Under the pieces are notes generated by a model that saw only the letters and a list, made by a program, of their open reading frames with translations, made no database searches and was not told the DNA's origin. A stretch of 64,000 bases of DNA from Lama glama (Eukaryota). A program made the translations under genes and the position numbers. The number at the start of each line of letters is the position of its first letter. Position 1 is the stretch's first letter. The DNA lies in the NCBI GenBank assembly GCA_028534125.1, contig CM052816.1:57600001-57664000 (forward strand). The letters are read 5' to 3'. Below, in pieces: positions 38,660 to 51,500 of the stretch.

Positions 38660-39450
38660 TAGTCATTCAACAAGTATTAAATGTGTGCCTGATAGGTGGT
38701 AGGCACTGATCTAGCCCCTGTGGATAAAGCAGTGAAGAAATCAAGGGAGATGATTGTCTCTCTAGAGCTTATGTTCATTGGTGGGGGTGGGTAGAGGATA
38801 GAGGAAAAATAGAAAATGAGATGTATATGCAAAGCATACATTATATCATAGGGTTGAAGGTGTTCCAGAGGAAATACAACAGGGAGGAAGAACAGAGAAA
38901 ACTGAAGAGGTGTGTTACTAAACAGGCTGGTAGGGGAAGGGCTCATTAAGATGATAACTAGAAAAATCTGCAGTAAGTAAGGAACCAAGCAAAGAGAAAT
39001 AGGAGTGAGTTTGGATTGCTTCGGGCTAGAATGCAGATTAGGAAGGGCCCTGCGGGCCTTGAAAGCTTTGGCTTTTACTTTGGGTGAGATGGGGAATTAT
39101 TGGAGGGTTTCAGGCAGAGGAATTTGTGATCTGACTCATATTTTAACAAGATTACTTTTACTGCTGTGTTGGGAGTAGACTGTAGGGAGACAAGGAAAGA
39201 AGGGAGTCCACTTAAAGGGTGAAAAGAAATATATCTATATCTCTATATATCTATATACACACATATATGTATAAATGAATCACTATGTTATACACCAGAA
39301 ATTAACATAATATTGTAAATTGATTATACTTCAATAAAAAATAAAAACAAATAAAATATAATGGAGTAATGATACATGCTACCACATGAATTAAAAAAAA
39401 AAAAGGAGGTAATTCCAATCATCTGGGAAAGTAATTGGGTAGCTTGGAAC
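38660..39450 (-). mobile_element. L2 3' fragment interrupted by a short young L1
   Basis: CATTCAACAAGTATTAAATGTGTGCC...GCTTTGGCTTTTACTTTGGGTGAGATGGGGAATTATTGGAGGGTTTCAGGCAGAGG. Confidence 0.75.
39221..39404 (+). mobile_element. Very short young L1 3' end with two A-rich tails
   Basis: TGAATCACTATGTTATACACCAGAAATTAACATAATATTGTAAATTGATTATACTTCAATAAAAA is the same terminus type as the 12571 L1; a second A12 tract lies at 39393-39404. Confidence 0.85.
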
Positions 39451-42400
39451 AGAGGGGAAGCAACCAGAGCCTCTTACTACTCTGGTATGGTTTGGGGTCA
39501 ATTCTTTTTAAAGGACTTGTGAAATGGATGGGGCACAGACCAAAACACGATCAAAAGTGATTAAAGTCCTCTTTTAATAATCCTACAGATTGTTGTCACA
39601 CCATCTGTGAGCAGATAATCACCACATTTGATCACCAAAACCTCGTTCGTCATCTCCCCTTGCCATCTCCTTGGGGTGTTGGATAGCACTTGTTCTAAAT
39701 GGGGAAACTGAATTTTAACAAAATTTGTTCAGTGAATCATTTAATTAGAAAGGAGCCTTTGCATATTTCACAGGCTTTTATCTCTATTCTGAAATTAGTT
39801 GATAACTCCTTCCAGGAGACCTGTAGTCATCCTGTTGATATTAAACAGATCACAATTGCCCTGATGGGATTCCAGGGCAAGATTATGCTACAAGGTATTA
39901 ACCTCTCTCAGACCTCACCATTTATCTAGTTGATGCATAGGGCCTTGAGGCAATTTTAAAACTTTTTTTCCATCTTATCTTAAGAAGATAAATGAAATGA
40001 ATTGAAATATTGGAAAACTTATTAAGATAGTTTGAGGATTATTCTAAGTGGAAAAGTCAGATAACCTCTAGGAATCTCACTCTGGAGGACTCATTCCTTC
40101 CCTCAGCTCACTGGGGTGCTTCCTTTTGTGCACAGTAGGGACAGACGGAGGGCGACACTCTCCCTGGTGACACATTTTCTCTGTGGTCTTAAATGGTGAG
40201 TGTGCTGCTTCTGCTCAGGGCCCATGAAGTGCAGAAGGAGCCCGATTTGGCCTGGAGTCCAGATGTCCCAGTAGCCTGCGCCTGATTTTCAAAGTCACCT
40301 CCCACATGCCTCAGAGTCTGGAGTTTTGGAGGAAGGGGACAGGCCTGAACAGGGTCTTGGCAACCATGTTAGATCTAGCTTTGTTGTCCCTGGGCATAGG
40401 CCAGCATTGGGCAGCACACAGTGAGAAAGTGGCCTATTGTGTTTTCCACGGTGCCCACAGTCCCTTTCAGAATGAAAGGTCTCAAAGTTGCCTCCACATC
40501 GCTGCTTCTCAGACTTGTGAATATTAACATTTGGTGCCTAAAAGGCCATGGCAATTTTCCTTTGGCTTTATCCTATTCATTAATATAAATTAAGTTGAAA
40601 GAATACATACTCCCACAGGAATCCATGAAGCCATGCTCACTTTGAATGAAATGGAATATAGGTTGAAAAGATATACTGTAACTTTCCTGAACTGAACCTT
40701 GAGCAAAAATCTATTGCTCATTCTGAGACGAAACAAAGGCCCTGAAGATGAGAGGGAGATTCATGATGCCCCAGGGCCAACGTGGGGCATAAGGCTGCCT
40801 GCCGGTCTCTGAGAGTCTGTTTGCGGCAGGGAGGGTGCCCAGGCCCATCTCTGGTCTAGATAGCGGGCTCGCTGGGATACCAGTTTCATCCTCAATGGCA
40901 GCTTGTGTATAGTGTGTGTAAAATGACTGTCAGCTGACTCTGCCCTGGTGACGTGTCCTGCAGGAAGAAATGCCAAACCTAAAGGCCTCAGATGACTATG
41001 AAAGGAGTAGTGGAGACCACTGGGGCAGGGTTTACCACAACTGGCTGGAGCCTCCTGTTTTGGGTGAGAAAGACAAAGTGGGAGGGAGAGCTCCAGGCTG
41101 GGTTCAAACCCTGTGGCCCCAATCCCAACTTCCCCTTTTGGAATGAAGTGCCAGACTGAGCCTAAGAGGAGGAAGAGAGAAGCTTGACTTTCTCCAAAGC
41201 CTGAGGTGGGTTAGGAGGCAGTGGTTTGGTGACCACAGTAAGTCACTAGGATGCTCTGGAACTGATAATAAGGCTATAAATCAAATTATTCATGTACCTG
41301 TTATCCTCAAGAAGGAGAGATTTCCTTTCCCGGAAGACATAGGTGAAAGACACTTCTTATTCTGGGGGCTGTACTCTGAAAGGTGTCTGGTCTGCCTCAG
41401 CAGAAAGAAGCTAGAGTGTCCCAGGGTGGCTATGGTTCCTGGGGCTTGAGAGACCTTTCTGTCATTGTCGAGTTGGAATCCTGGGGCTGGGGATAGGGCC
41501 AGAGGAGTGCATTTGGACAAATTCGGAGCAACCAGGCCTGAGGCATATATGGGAGCAAGCAAGGGATGTCCAAAAGATAGAGGAGGCAAGAACAAAAAGT
41601 GTGAGCAGGCAGGTGAGGCAGGCACTGGGACAGCAGGCTGGTTTGGCATGTTCCCAAGAGCCCAGCTAAGAAGGCAGGTGGTCTGGTTAAAAACTAGGGA
41701 AAAATAAACAATGAGCTCTTATTCTTCATACAACAGAGTTAGGTGCTGAGGAGAAGGCTTACCAGTCTCAGTGTCTCTTTACCCACCTCCTCAGCAGTGA
41801 AAGGCCAGTACCATGTTTCTAAAGTCTGGAGAGTCCTCACATAACAGCCTGCACCGAAATAACTGCCCCCGACCAGCACCTTGCGCCATACACACACAGG
41901 CACGCGCGCACGCACGCACCTCTGGGATGGGAAGTAAAGAGCTTTCACGTTTTCAAGCCCCTTTAGGAAGTTTAAAGTGGGCAGTCCCTCTGGAGAGGTT
42001 AAGGGTGATAGAGGATAGGTCCTGAGTCAGAGAGATAGGAGTGGCTGGACCCAAAAGTTATTGCTGAGGGAGTTACCTGAGACCGGAAAGATGGAGAAGC
42101 AGACAGGGACTGCAGCATGACAAAGTGGACTGGATTCACACTTCATCACCGGATCCAGCCAGCCCTCCTCCCCTTATGAAGACATCCACATCCCATTCCT
42201 CAATAACCTTTCTCTGACATCTTACCCAGAGTTCAGTTTCCTCAATTCAGAACTTGGTGAAAGAGCCATGATCTCAGGAACACAAAGGCTTAAAATAGTC
42301 TTTTCTAACCATTTCTTTGTCCAGACTATGCAAATTATGCTTTTGCACTAAGTGTTAAGACCCAAGAACCTTTTAAAAAGTAGCCATCCTTTGGAATTAA

Positions 42401-43229
42401 ATCTCTTTTAGTAGTAATCAAAAAGAAATTCAAAAAGAAAATCGCTACTCACTGGATTAACTCCAAAAGGTAATCTATAGATCACTTTATTAGCCTAGAC
42501 ATCAATTTATTACCCATAAAGTTTGGAATAATTTTATCTGCATTTATTTATCAAGTCTACACCTCTGCTTCCATAAAGGACCATCTGGAATATCAATAAA
42601 CATCTATCTCCAGCTCACACATATAATAGCTCACAGTAGTACTTGTATGTTTCCATTTTTTAAATATTTAAATGATTTTATCAAAAGCTAAAAAAACCAT
42701 GTATTTTATATTATTTAAGATAATCAACTATAATTTTGTATATTTCCACATTCCTGAATAATGTAACCCCATGGAACTTGAAAGTCACATCATTGTGAAC
42801 AAGTTGAACATATGGTTTAATTATACGTGAAGGCCAGTCAGAAAACCCATCATCACCACACCTTTCCCTATAGTCTTGGATCAGCAGCAGGTGCCATGTT
42901 TGTTCTCACTCATCAGTATCAAGTATTGAGGATAATCTTATCAGTTCTCTTTTCACTTAATTGGTTGGCATGTGATCTTCTTTAATTGAAACTCCATCAT
43001 TGCATACTCTATAAACCAATTTTCTTTCTTATCCCGCTTCCCTTTTGGGGGTATCTTCCTCAAACTTATGTTTAGCCCAACCATCTCTTTCTGTGTGATT
43101 ATTTCACTCTGAAGTTTTGTCACAGTTTTCCACTGCAGCTTCTAAGGTCACATGAAACCCATGTGCTAGTAACAATTACCAGTCTGCTGTAAAGTTAGAG
43201 CAAAGGCAAAGATTGTAATTCATTTTGTA

Positions 43230-43460
43230 CTGGCTTTTTTCAAACCATATTCCACAGAACACTAGTTCCTCCAGTGTTAATACGAATTATTAAAAAACAT
43301 TCCATGGTTAACATAGTTTGTGAAACACTGGTGATTATTACACACATTAGCATTTTAAAACTCCAAGAAGTCCTCCAGTAAAGAAATCTGCTTGATTTGG
43401 CTTTTCCCAAATTTACTTGCAGCAGACTCCCCCACTAACACTACTTTCATGAAATAAAAT
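43230..43460. mobile_element. Old hAT-Charlie-type element
   Basis: TTCCACAGAACACTAGTTCC...GAAGTCCTCCAGTAAAGAAATCTG...TTTCCCAAATTTACTTG. Confidence 0.55.
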
Positions 43461-45147
43461 TGGGGACATAAATATTCATGGTTCTTATAGACTACTGGAG
43501 TAGACAGTCAGTATCCTGATGATACAATGAGGCTATATTTACAAACTGAGATAATTACTGTTAAGACCCTGACTTAGGCTGGGAGTTGGAGAATAAATTT
43601 TCAAAGATGTCACTCTTTTGCTCAAGACCTGATTGGTGAATAGGAGCTCGCTAACTGCTGGTGGAAGTAGGGTGGGGTGGGGTGAGGAGCTTTCCTCAGG
43701 TCATGTGGTCCATTCTTCTGTGTCAGTGGAATAGCTCTTAGGCTTCTAGGTCAGCACAGAAGACACGGATTGGGGAAAGATATTTCATTCTCTGTGACAT
43801 ATGGCCATCCATTTTAGTCCCTGGTAATGTGGAGATTTCCTTAGTGAGGGAAAAGGAAAGAACAGAGAAGTCACTGAAGCTTTTGGGGGAAACAAAAACC
43901 CTCATAGGATAGGAGACAGCTGGAATGTGGGAGGTGGTAGCTGGAAGGAGTAAAGAAGGAGATGCCAAAGATAACACTCATTTTTATAATAAGACTTAGT
44001 TACTTTTACAAATGTTCGTACAGACTGTTCAACTGTGGTCTGTGAAACATAGACTGTCACTCATCAGTAGTCACAGGATATTGTGTAGTACAAACCTCAA
44101 GAGTTTAGCATATTTCCCATCATACACTTGTTAATTGAATGCTGAAATTATCCACCTTTACCCATGAATGGACTAAATTTAGCATTTAAAGGACTGAGAC
44201 CAGGTGCATGAGGCACTCATAATAAGGGAAGCAATTATGAGTTTATTTAAAGACCATAAAGTTGAGGCTTCTTTCTCTGATTTTTTTTTTTTTTTTAGAT
44301 TCTCAGGCAAAAGGATCTGAACATTCTGCTTCCTCTGGCAGAGCATCTAGTTTAGAGAAATCTGATATTCACCTTCTTCTAGGTGCCCCTAAATGCAATA
44401 CAGTACAATAAGGCAGACCTTAATGCAGCATTAAACAGATGATGGTGGCTTGTCAGGAGTAATGTGCATCTAGATAACTGAGCAGCAGAGGACTACTGAT
44501 AACATAATTTACCTTACCAGGCATGTTCTGGCCTGGGAGATCAGGTCAGAAACCCAGGAATCTAGTGGAGAAAGAGAGAGAGACTGAGAGAGAGAATGAA
44601 GTGAAACAAAATACTTACCTGGGAGTGCAAGTAGGATAGATTATTATGAAAGGATAGGGTGTCCAAGGGTTGAAGCTTAGGGGCGGTGCAAGAAACAAAG
44701 AGTGTTAGGAAGAGACTGTTGCTCTCAAGCAGTGGCAAACGTACTGAGGAACATGAGATTTCAGCCTGCCTCAATGGTGCACACATGGTGTCATAAGAAT
44801 TCCTCTTCTGGTATCAATTCCAGTACTATTAGATTGTCTCCTTTAGGGAACAGAGTCAGAACGGAACAGGGTGAAGAGTTGTGGTGCCAGAGGCAGACCT
44901 TAGAAATGACGTCTTCGATCTTTGTATTGTTGGCATCGTCAGGTTAACACGTGACTGTGAGCAGTGAAAAAATAAAGTGGAAAGCCCTCTCTATGGGCTC
45001 ACTCTGGAATAAACCTCACTAGTTTGTAGTTGAAGTCCAGAGAAATCTCTCTGTGATTTAACTGTCAGTATAATGTGTTCTTTGGAGCGTGGGCTCTAGA
45101 ATTCAACAGACTGAACTTTGAATCCCCACTCAGCCACTCAGTAACTG

Positions 45148-45590
45148 CCGCATCAGTCAGGATCCATTCAGGAAAACAGAGCCAAACCAGTTACTAGATG
45201 AAATTTAATACAGAGAACAAATTACAAATGGAATGAAAGAGGTGAAAAACTGAACAGGAGGCAGTAAGGCCACCCAAAGAACAGCAGAAGTTTGAAGGCC
45301 TGAAGAGTCACAGGGAGCGTGGGAGCTGGGAACACAGAAGAAGGTCAGCCTCATGGGATCTGAGACGTGAAGAAGTTGCAGTCATTGCCAAAGATGCTAC
45401 CTAAAGCACAGGGGAAACATATCTTGGCTTCCTTCTTCCTCTAGCTCTTCAGTTACCTGCCAGTGAACCTCTTTGTGAGCCAGAAGTCAGTTGGCAAGGG
45501 AACCTGGGAAATATAGTTTGCACAGCCAGCAAAGCAGAGGAAGGCTGGGAAATAAATGTGAAAGGAAACAGGCAAATGACCAGCCCAGGG
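45148..45590 (-). mobile_element. Old ERVL-type LTR (LTR41/LTR33 group) inserted into a MIR
   Basis: CATCAGTCAGGATCCATTCAGGAAAACAGAGCC start and GGCAAGGGAACCTGGGAAATATAGTTTGCA; MIR halves flank it at ~45080-45147 and ~45590-45700. Confidence 0.55.
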
Positions 45591-48500
45591 GCTGTATGAT
45601 CCATCTGCTTAATGCTTATAGCCTCCCCATTTGTATAATGGGAATATTATCCCTACCTGTTAGGGTTGTTGGGGGGATTAAATGACTTAGCATACGTTTC
45701 ATTTGAGTTTCCATGGTTGTAAGGAATAGTCTCACTCAAAGAACTCCAGTAAGTGGAGTGGCAGAGGGGAGACAGTTAAATGATGTGCGTGAAACCAGGG
45801 AAGTAGAGGTCCAAGCCCAGGGCCAAGCTTCACAGTAACCAGGGAGGAGCCAAACAGGCAGCCTCCAGGAGGAGGGGCAGGAATGACTGTGGAGCTGGGG
45901 CTCCTAGAGGCTGAAATCAGGAAGACCTTGGGAAGCCCAAGCACTCCTCTGGATCCCTGAGGTGGGAGTTGTAGAACTTTGCTCTTCTTTCCTACATTAC
46001 TGTGCCTTCAAATCTCTCTCTGGGTCTAGTTTCCTCTTTCAGCTATCAGGTGGCATCTTCATCCTCCACTCTAAAGCTCGTAAGTTTTGTGATCTCAGAG
46101 TTTCAGCTTCCTCGTGGCTTTGGCTCGATCGTGATCCATTAGAGCCATTTGCCTCCTCTCTGTCTCAGGATCTTTCAGCTTTAGTTTGTACTGAAAATTG
46201 TTTACTTCTTCACATATTTCCCAGTTTAATTTTATTGGAACAAGAATCTTATGGGGCCAGTTTGGGTTTTTTTTTTTTGGTGAAACTTCTCATTCAAGGG
46301 CCCCTCATGGGGGGCCCTATGGCTTGGATGCCTTTGGATAAAGAGCCCACCCTTGGTCCAGTCAGCAGTTTTAGGAGTGGGGCAGGGTAATATGGTCCCA
46401 AATGTGGCTTCCTAGCACCATCCCTTTAGAAGAGGCTGTGAATGGGTAAACAGCAAGGGGCCTTGCTTCTGTACCCACCTTCTTGTGGTATTTTGGTTCT
46501 TAGAATCCCATGGGAGCTAGAACTCCTGGCCACTTCTGTACTTATGGTTCAGACCTCAGTGGTCCCACTTTCCACTTTTTGTTTCTCTTCTGATTATAGT
46601 ACATACAGATATTTATCTTGTTGCATGCTCAATGGCCATGCTTTTTTCTTTTCTTTTTTTCTAGTTTACATATCAGAGCAATACCTTTGGAGCAAAACAA
46701 AGCCTCAAATTTTGAACTTACAACATCATCTTGACTAGAGTTCATGTCAATAATTTCTAAAATGTATGATTAATGCAAAGCTGGAAGTTATCGAAACTAA
46801 GTTCTTATGAGAAACTCTTTTAAGAAGAATGAGTGACCAAGTGGAGAAAAGAGGAGAGAGATAAAAATAATCTTAGCTCACAGACTGAGGGAACATGATG
46901 TTGACACCAGTGAAGGTACCTAAAAAACTGCAGTGTTGTGAAGAATACGACTTCAGGCATAGATGTTTTTGGAGACTGAGTCTCCTTATCTTAAAATCAA
47001 TAACTCTCATGTAAGAAAACAAAAACCAAAACCCATAAACAACAATAGCAATAAAATCAGTAAACCCAAATACTGGTATTGGTGAGTGGATGACTCAAGT
47101 AATGAAGGGAAAATGCGCTGAAGACAATTTTAGAGATTCAGATGAGGGTGAGACACTTTGTCTTAAAAATCATCAAATCCCCCATGCCTCCTCCCAATAC
47201 ACTGGCCCAAAACCCCAAATCAACCAACAAAAAAATCAATAGACTGGGACTAGGCAATGTACAAAACCATGTGAAAAAAGTGAACTGCCTATGGGATTTA
47301 TTGTTGAGCAAACAGAGTTTCTAGGCAGAAAAGGATCATAGCAAAGGATTTCTCAGCCCATCTCAGTTTCTGCAGTAGAGGTGGACAGAAAGGAGGGAAG
47401 GCAGAACTAACCAGCTCAACTCTGTTCCCTAAACTCCGGGGACTGTGCGGGTCCAGGGCAGGACCCCCGACTGGCTGTGAATGAGGACTCTGTCTTTCCT
47501 CAACTTCCCTATGGCCTGTCAGGACGTACACCATTGTTTTCTTTACCAGAGCATTTGGCAGGAGTCCTATCACCTCCTGGAGTCGGGGGTAGGGGAACAA
47601 AGGACTGAGAATATTCTGGCCTTGGCATCTCAGGGAAAGAAAAGCAAAGCTTTCTGATGATTAGGATGTACACTGTGGGGCTTCCCATACCTCTTTCCAC
47701 TGCCTTTCAGACTTATGGAGTGAACTCAGATTAAGGAGTGAAAGAACTGTCTTTAGGGATGGGACACTTCCTAGTTGGAAATATTATGGCTAGACTTGCT
47801 CATTGGAGAAAGGAAGACTTATTTAGTGCTGCCAGAAAAGAAAGGTCTTGGCTGACATCTGTGAGGTTGTTCTTGTCTTCAGAGCAGACAAGATATTGAC
47901 TAGCTGTCTCCTGAGTGATTGTACTGGGACTGAAAAGTGGATCAGGCCCTGGAGAGTCAGAGGGGATAAGTCCAAAGTGAGGTGAATCTGACATGGAGGA
48001 GTGGAGGGTTAGCAGGGGAGTCAAGAGACCTGGGACCCCTTCTGAGCCCTGAGACCCTCTCACAGGGTGGCCTGGACTTCTCTTTCCTCTTCAACAAAAA
48101 GACAGATTAGAGAAGATTATTTTCAAAGTCCTTCCACCTCTAATATTCATTCATATAGGTGGGTAGAGGGATGAGGGCACAAAGGGCATAACGAATGGCT
48201 CAGCTGGAAGCTGAGGGAACAATTTAAATTTAAACATCAAAATGGCAAAAATGATAAAGAGAAGAAAGGACCCAATTTCTCTCCTCTCAGAAAGATCAGG
48301 AGATTTTTAGATCTGATTTCATCAAAGTTTTTTTTTTCTTTTCTCTGTCTCTCAAAAAGAAAAAAAAATTGTTCTGTATTTTACTCATAATCCCTTCCAG
48401 TGACTTCAGTACTTCACTGGTCTCTGTGTAGCTACTGGTTTTCACATTTAAGGTGGGAGATCTTCATTTAGTAATCTTAAAAGTATTAGTATAAAGCTCA

Positions 48501-48619
48501 CTAGTGACCACATTCTGGGAAATTACAGAGGTATGTCTAGTGTTTTTATTCCTTTACTGTTTATTCAGGTTTATGCCTCACCTTTTCTTCCAGATAGAAG
48601 AGTCCAGAGGAGATACTGC

Positions 48620-48985
48620 TTTAGATTCATTCAGTCTTTATCCAATATTTGTTGAGAGCTGCTATGTGTTGAGACCTAGCACTGAGATAGATGCTGGTGA
48701 CAAAAGAGAAGACAAGACAGATGTGATCTCTGTCTTCTTGGTACCTATAGACACATGTGCATGTGCAGGGGCATAGACTGGAAACAGGAAAGCAGAAAAT
48801 AATTTATTTGATGATGTCCTGCAGTGACAGCTATGAAGTAGACAAAGGGCTGAGAGAGAGGAAATGGCTGGTGAAGGTGTTGGGAAGGGGGGTGAGGGGA
48901 GCTCTTCCAACTGTGTGGTCAGTGGTATCTTTGCAAGGTCACATTTTGTCTAAAACTTAATAGAGGGAAGCAATTATGCAAAAGC
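48620..48985 (-). mobile_element. L2 3' fragment
   Basis: ATTCATTCA...AATATTTGTTGAGAGCTGCTATGTGTTGAGACCTAGCACTGAGATAGATGCTGG. Confidence 0.7.
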
Positions 48986-49781
48986 GCACCCAGAGAGGCT
49001 GGGAAAATAACTGCACGTCCTCTTCTCTACACACTAACACACGTGGCATTTTAATTCATGAGGTTTAGTTGAGCTACGGAGAAAGCCTTCCTAAGTTCAA
49101 ATTCTGAAACACTGGCAAAGACTCCTTAAGATAAGTCTAGAACTGCTCAAAGGCCTGACCTTCTTCAGCAAAGGACCTGTCAGAAGCGGGCTCAGCATGG
49201 CGTCTCTTTCGGTGTGAAGACCAGCCAGGGATACTTGTTTGCAAAGTATGAGACTTGAAAAATCTCCTTCCATCAATGGGAGCCCAAAGAATGGGAAATG
49301 AATTCCAATGATAATAGTTAACCTTTACTGAACCGAATCTTTGCCAGAATCTTACTAATTGTCTTACATGATTATTCTAAGCCTTGCTTCCTCTCTATGA
49401 GGTAAGCGTTATGTTATCCCAGTTTCACACATAAAGGCAGGTACAGAGAGGTCTATCTACTTACCTAAGGCCCCAGGGCAGTGGGACTCCAGACTCCATT
49501 TCCTCAACCAGTAGGTCACACTGCTTGAGGTGTCAGTTTCCCATAAGGACTTTGGCTTAATGCAACATTACAAAGGAGGTGTGGAGTTTCTCTCTGTTTC
49601 TGGGGTTCTTTAAAAGAGTGTCAGTTTTCAATCCAAGAGTGAGATTTGTGGAGCTCACGGAATTTGCATTTTTAGATTGTTGTCTAGTTGATTCTCAATG
49701 CTATCTGCTAATATTTGAAAAGCATAGAAAGGGGCATTCCAAGTATGCAGCCAAGAGGCTGCATGAACTCTGACATTCCTT

Positions 49782-49810
49782 CAATAATAACAATAACAAT
49801 AATAACAACA

Positions 49811-49851
<41 letters not shown>
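49782..49851. repeat. (AAT)n microsatellite at a MIR end
   Basis: Read directly; MIR sequence follows at ~49855-50070. Confidence 0.9.
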
Positions 49852-49852
<1 letters not shown>

Positions 49853-50189
49853 TCATTTCTTGAGTGCCTTCTCTGGGCCAGACACTATAGTAGGTGTTTC
49901 CATGTGTGATTATATTTTATCTTGATAACTCTGCAAGAAGCATATGATTTTACATTTTACAAGTGAGGGAATCAACTCAGAGAGATAAGTAACTTGTCCA
50001 AACTCATGCAGTGAGTTCAGAACTGATGTTCAAACCCCATGTGCTCATTCATGTTCCACAACATCATACTTGGTATCTATAATTCTGTAGGGTCATGTTT
50101 AGAATACCAGCTAGCCAGATCAACCTCAATTTTTTTTCCCTTGTCTTATCTCAAAGCATACCAAATAATTAAATGAAATCCTTCTAGAT

Positions 50190-50365
50190 AATGGCCTTTG
50201 GCAAATTGTTTAGCTTGTTATTATCTTATTTGCAAAATGGGGAAAAAATTAGTGCCTGCCTCATAAATTTGTTAGAAGGATTAAATGAGATAGTCCACAT
50301 AAAGCCTTTCAAGAAGCACCCGTCATTTGGTAAGCACTCAATGAATGTAAACTACTATTACTATT
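50190..50365 (+). mobile_element. MIR SINE
   Basis: TTTGCAAAATGGGGA...GCCTCATAAATTTGTTAGAAGGATTAAATGAGATA...GGTAAGCACTCAATGAATGT. Confidence 0.8.
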
Positions 50366-50999
50366 TCTGCCATTATATTGCCCAACTCTTCTTCAAATGA
50401 ATTTGTATAATTGTTCTGTGATCAGAATTTCTGACAACCAAGATTGAATGCTGGTTGCCTCTTGGCCCTCTTGAACTGGCAAAAATCAGCTTACTCCTTA
50501 AAAAGCAAAAACAAAGAGTCCTCAGATGTTGTCTTTGACCATCCCTCACAAGATATCAATCATGGCATAATAATTTCTCAGCTCAGAACCCTCCAATGGC
50601 AACTCAAGCTCTAGCTGTACATCTGCAAGTTCATCTTCTCATTCCTGCTACTTTGCTGTTGTCAGATAAACTTAGAAACTGACTGACATAAATAAGGCAA
50701 GGTTCCTCTTCTCCTCAGCCTGGGAATCCAACTTCTCACTGACCACCTCCTAGGGGGCTGGGGGAACACAAGGTGGGACAGGGCAGTGATCCTAGAGGGA
50801 AGGGGCCACTCCTGCCTGCGTGAGGGGAGAGATGTGAGCATCCCAGGTTGCTGGCTCCTGTGCTGTAATGGGGTCCCCCTCCCCCATCTACTTCTCCACC
50901 TCCGTCTCCCTTCTCCTCTGTGGTTTTTTTATGTGTCAACTGTGCCGTTTTTATTTTATTCCTTTTTCTCCCCTTTTCACAGAGAAATAAAGGTCTAGA

Positions 51000-51500
51000 A
51001 GTTAAAATATGTTATATGCTGATAAGTTCTGTTGGAGGAAACTAAAGCAGGGAAATGGTATTAAGAATGCCAGGGGGTGCAGTTGCAGTTTTGAATAGTG
51101 TTTTCAAGGAAGCCTTGACCAAGAAGGGATTATTTCAGCAAATTCTTGAAGGAGGTGAGAGTGAGTCCTGTGGATTTCTGGGGGAAGAACCTTCCAGGGA
51201 GAATTTCAGCAAATGAACAGTCCTTGAGGCATGTATGTTTGAGTGGCTGCCACAGGTTAAGTGAAGGAGATGGTAATGGTGATGTGGTCAGAGGGGCCAC
51301 ATGGAACTTTTTAGGCCACTCTAAGTCTGGCTTTTACTGAGTGACAAGGGATGCCATTGGGGGCTTCTGAGCTAAGAAATGTTGTATTATGATTGACGTT
51401 TTCACAGGAACCCTTTAGATCCTCCACTGAGAATAGATTATAGAAAGGCAAGGATTAAAGTAGAGTGGCAATTACATGACTGTTGTAATCATGCAGGGTC
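51000..51500 (-). mobile_element. L2 fragment
   Basis: TGAAGGAGGTGAGAGTGAGTCCTGTGGATTTCTGGGGAAGAACCTTCCAGG...TGGCTTTTACTGAGTGACAAGGGATGCCATTGG. Confidence 0.7.

Noticed and set aside
44611..44622. ATACTTACCTGG, identical to the U1 snRNA 5' end
   Set aside because: The match stops after 12 nt with no U1 stem-loops or Sm site; it is better read as a minus-strand 5' splice-site consensus
45962..46390. 142-aa plus-strand ORF
   Set aside because: L/S/F-rich translation of pyrimidine-rich, probably repeat-derived DNA that crosses a poly-T tract; no domain
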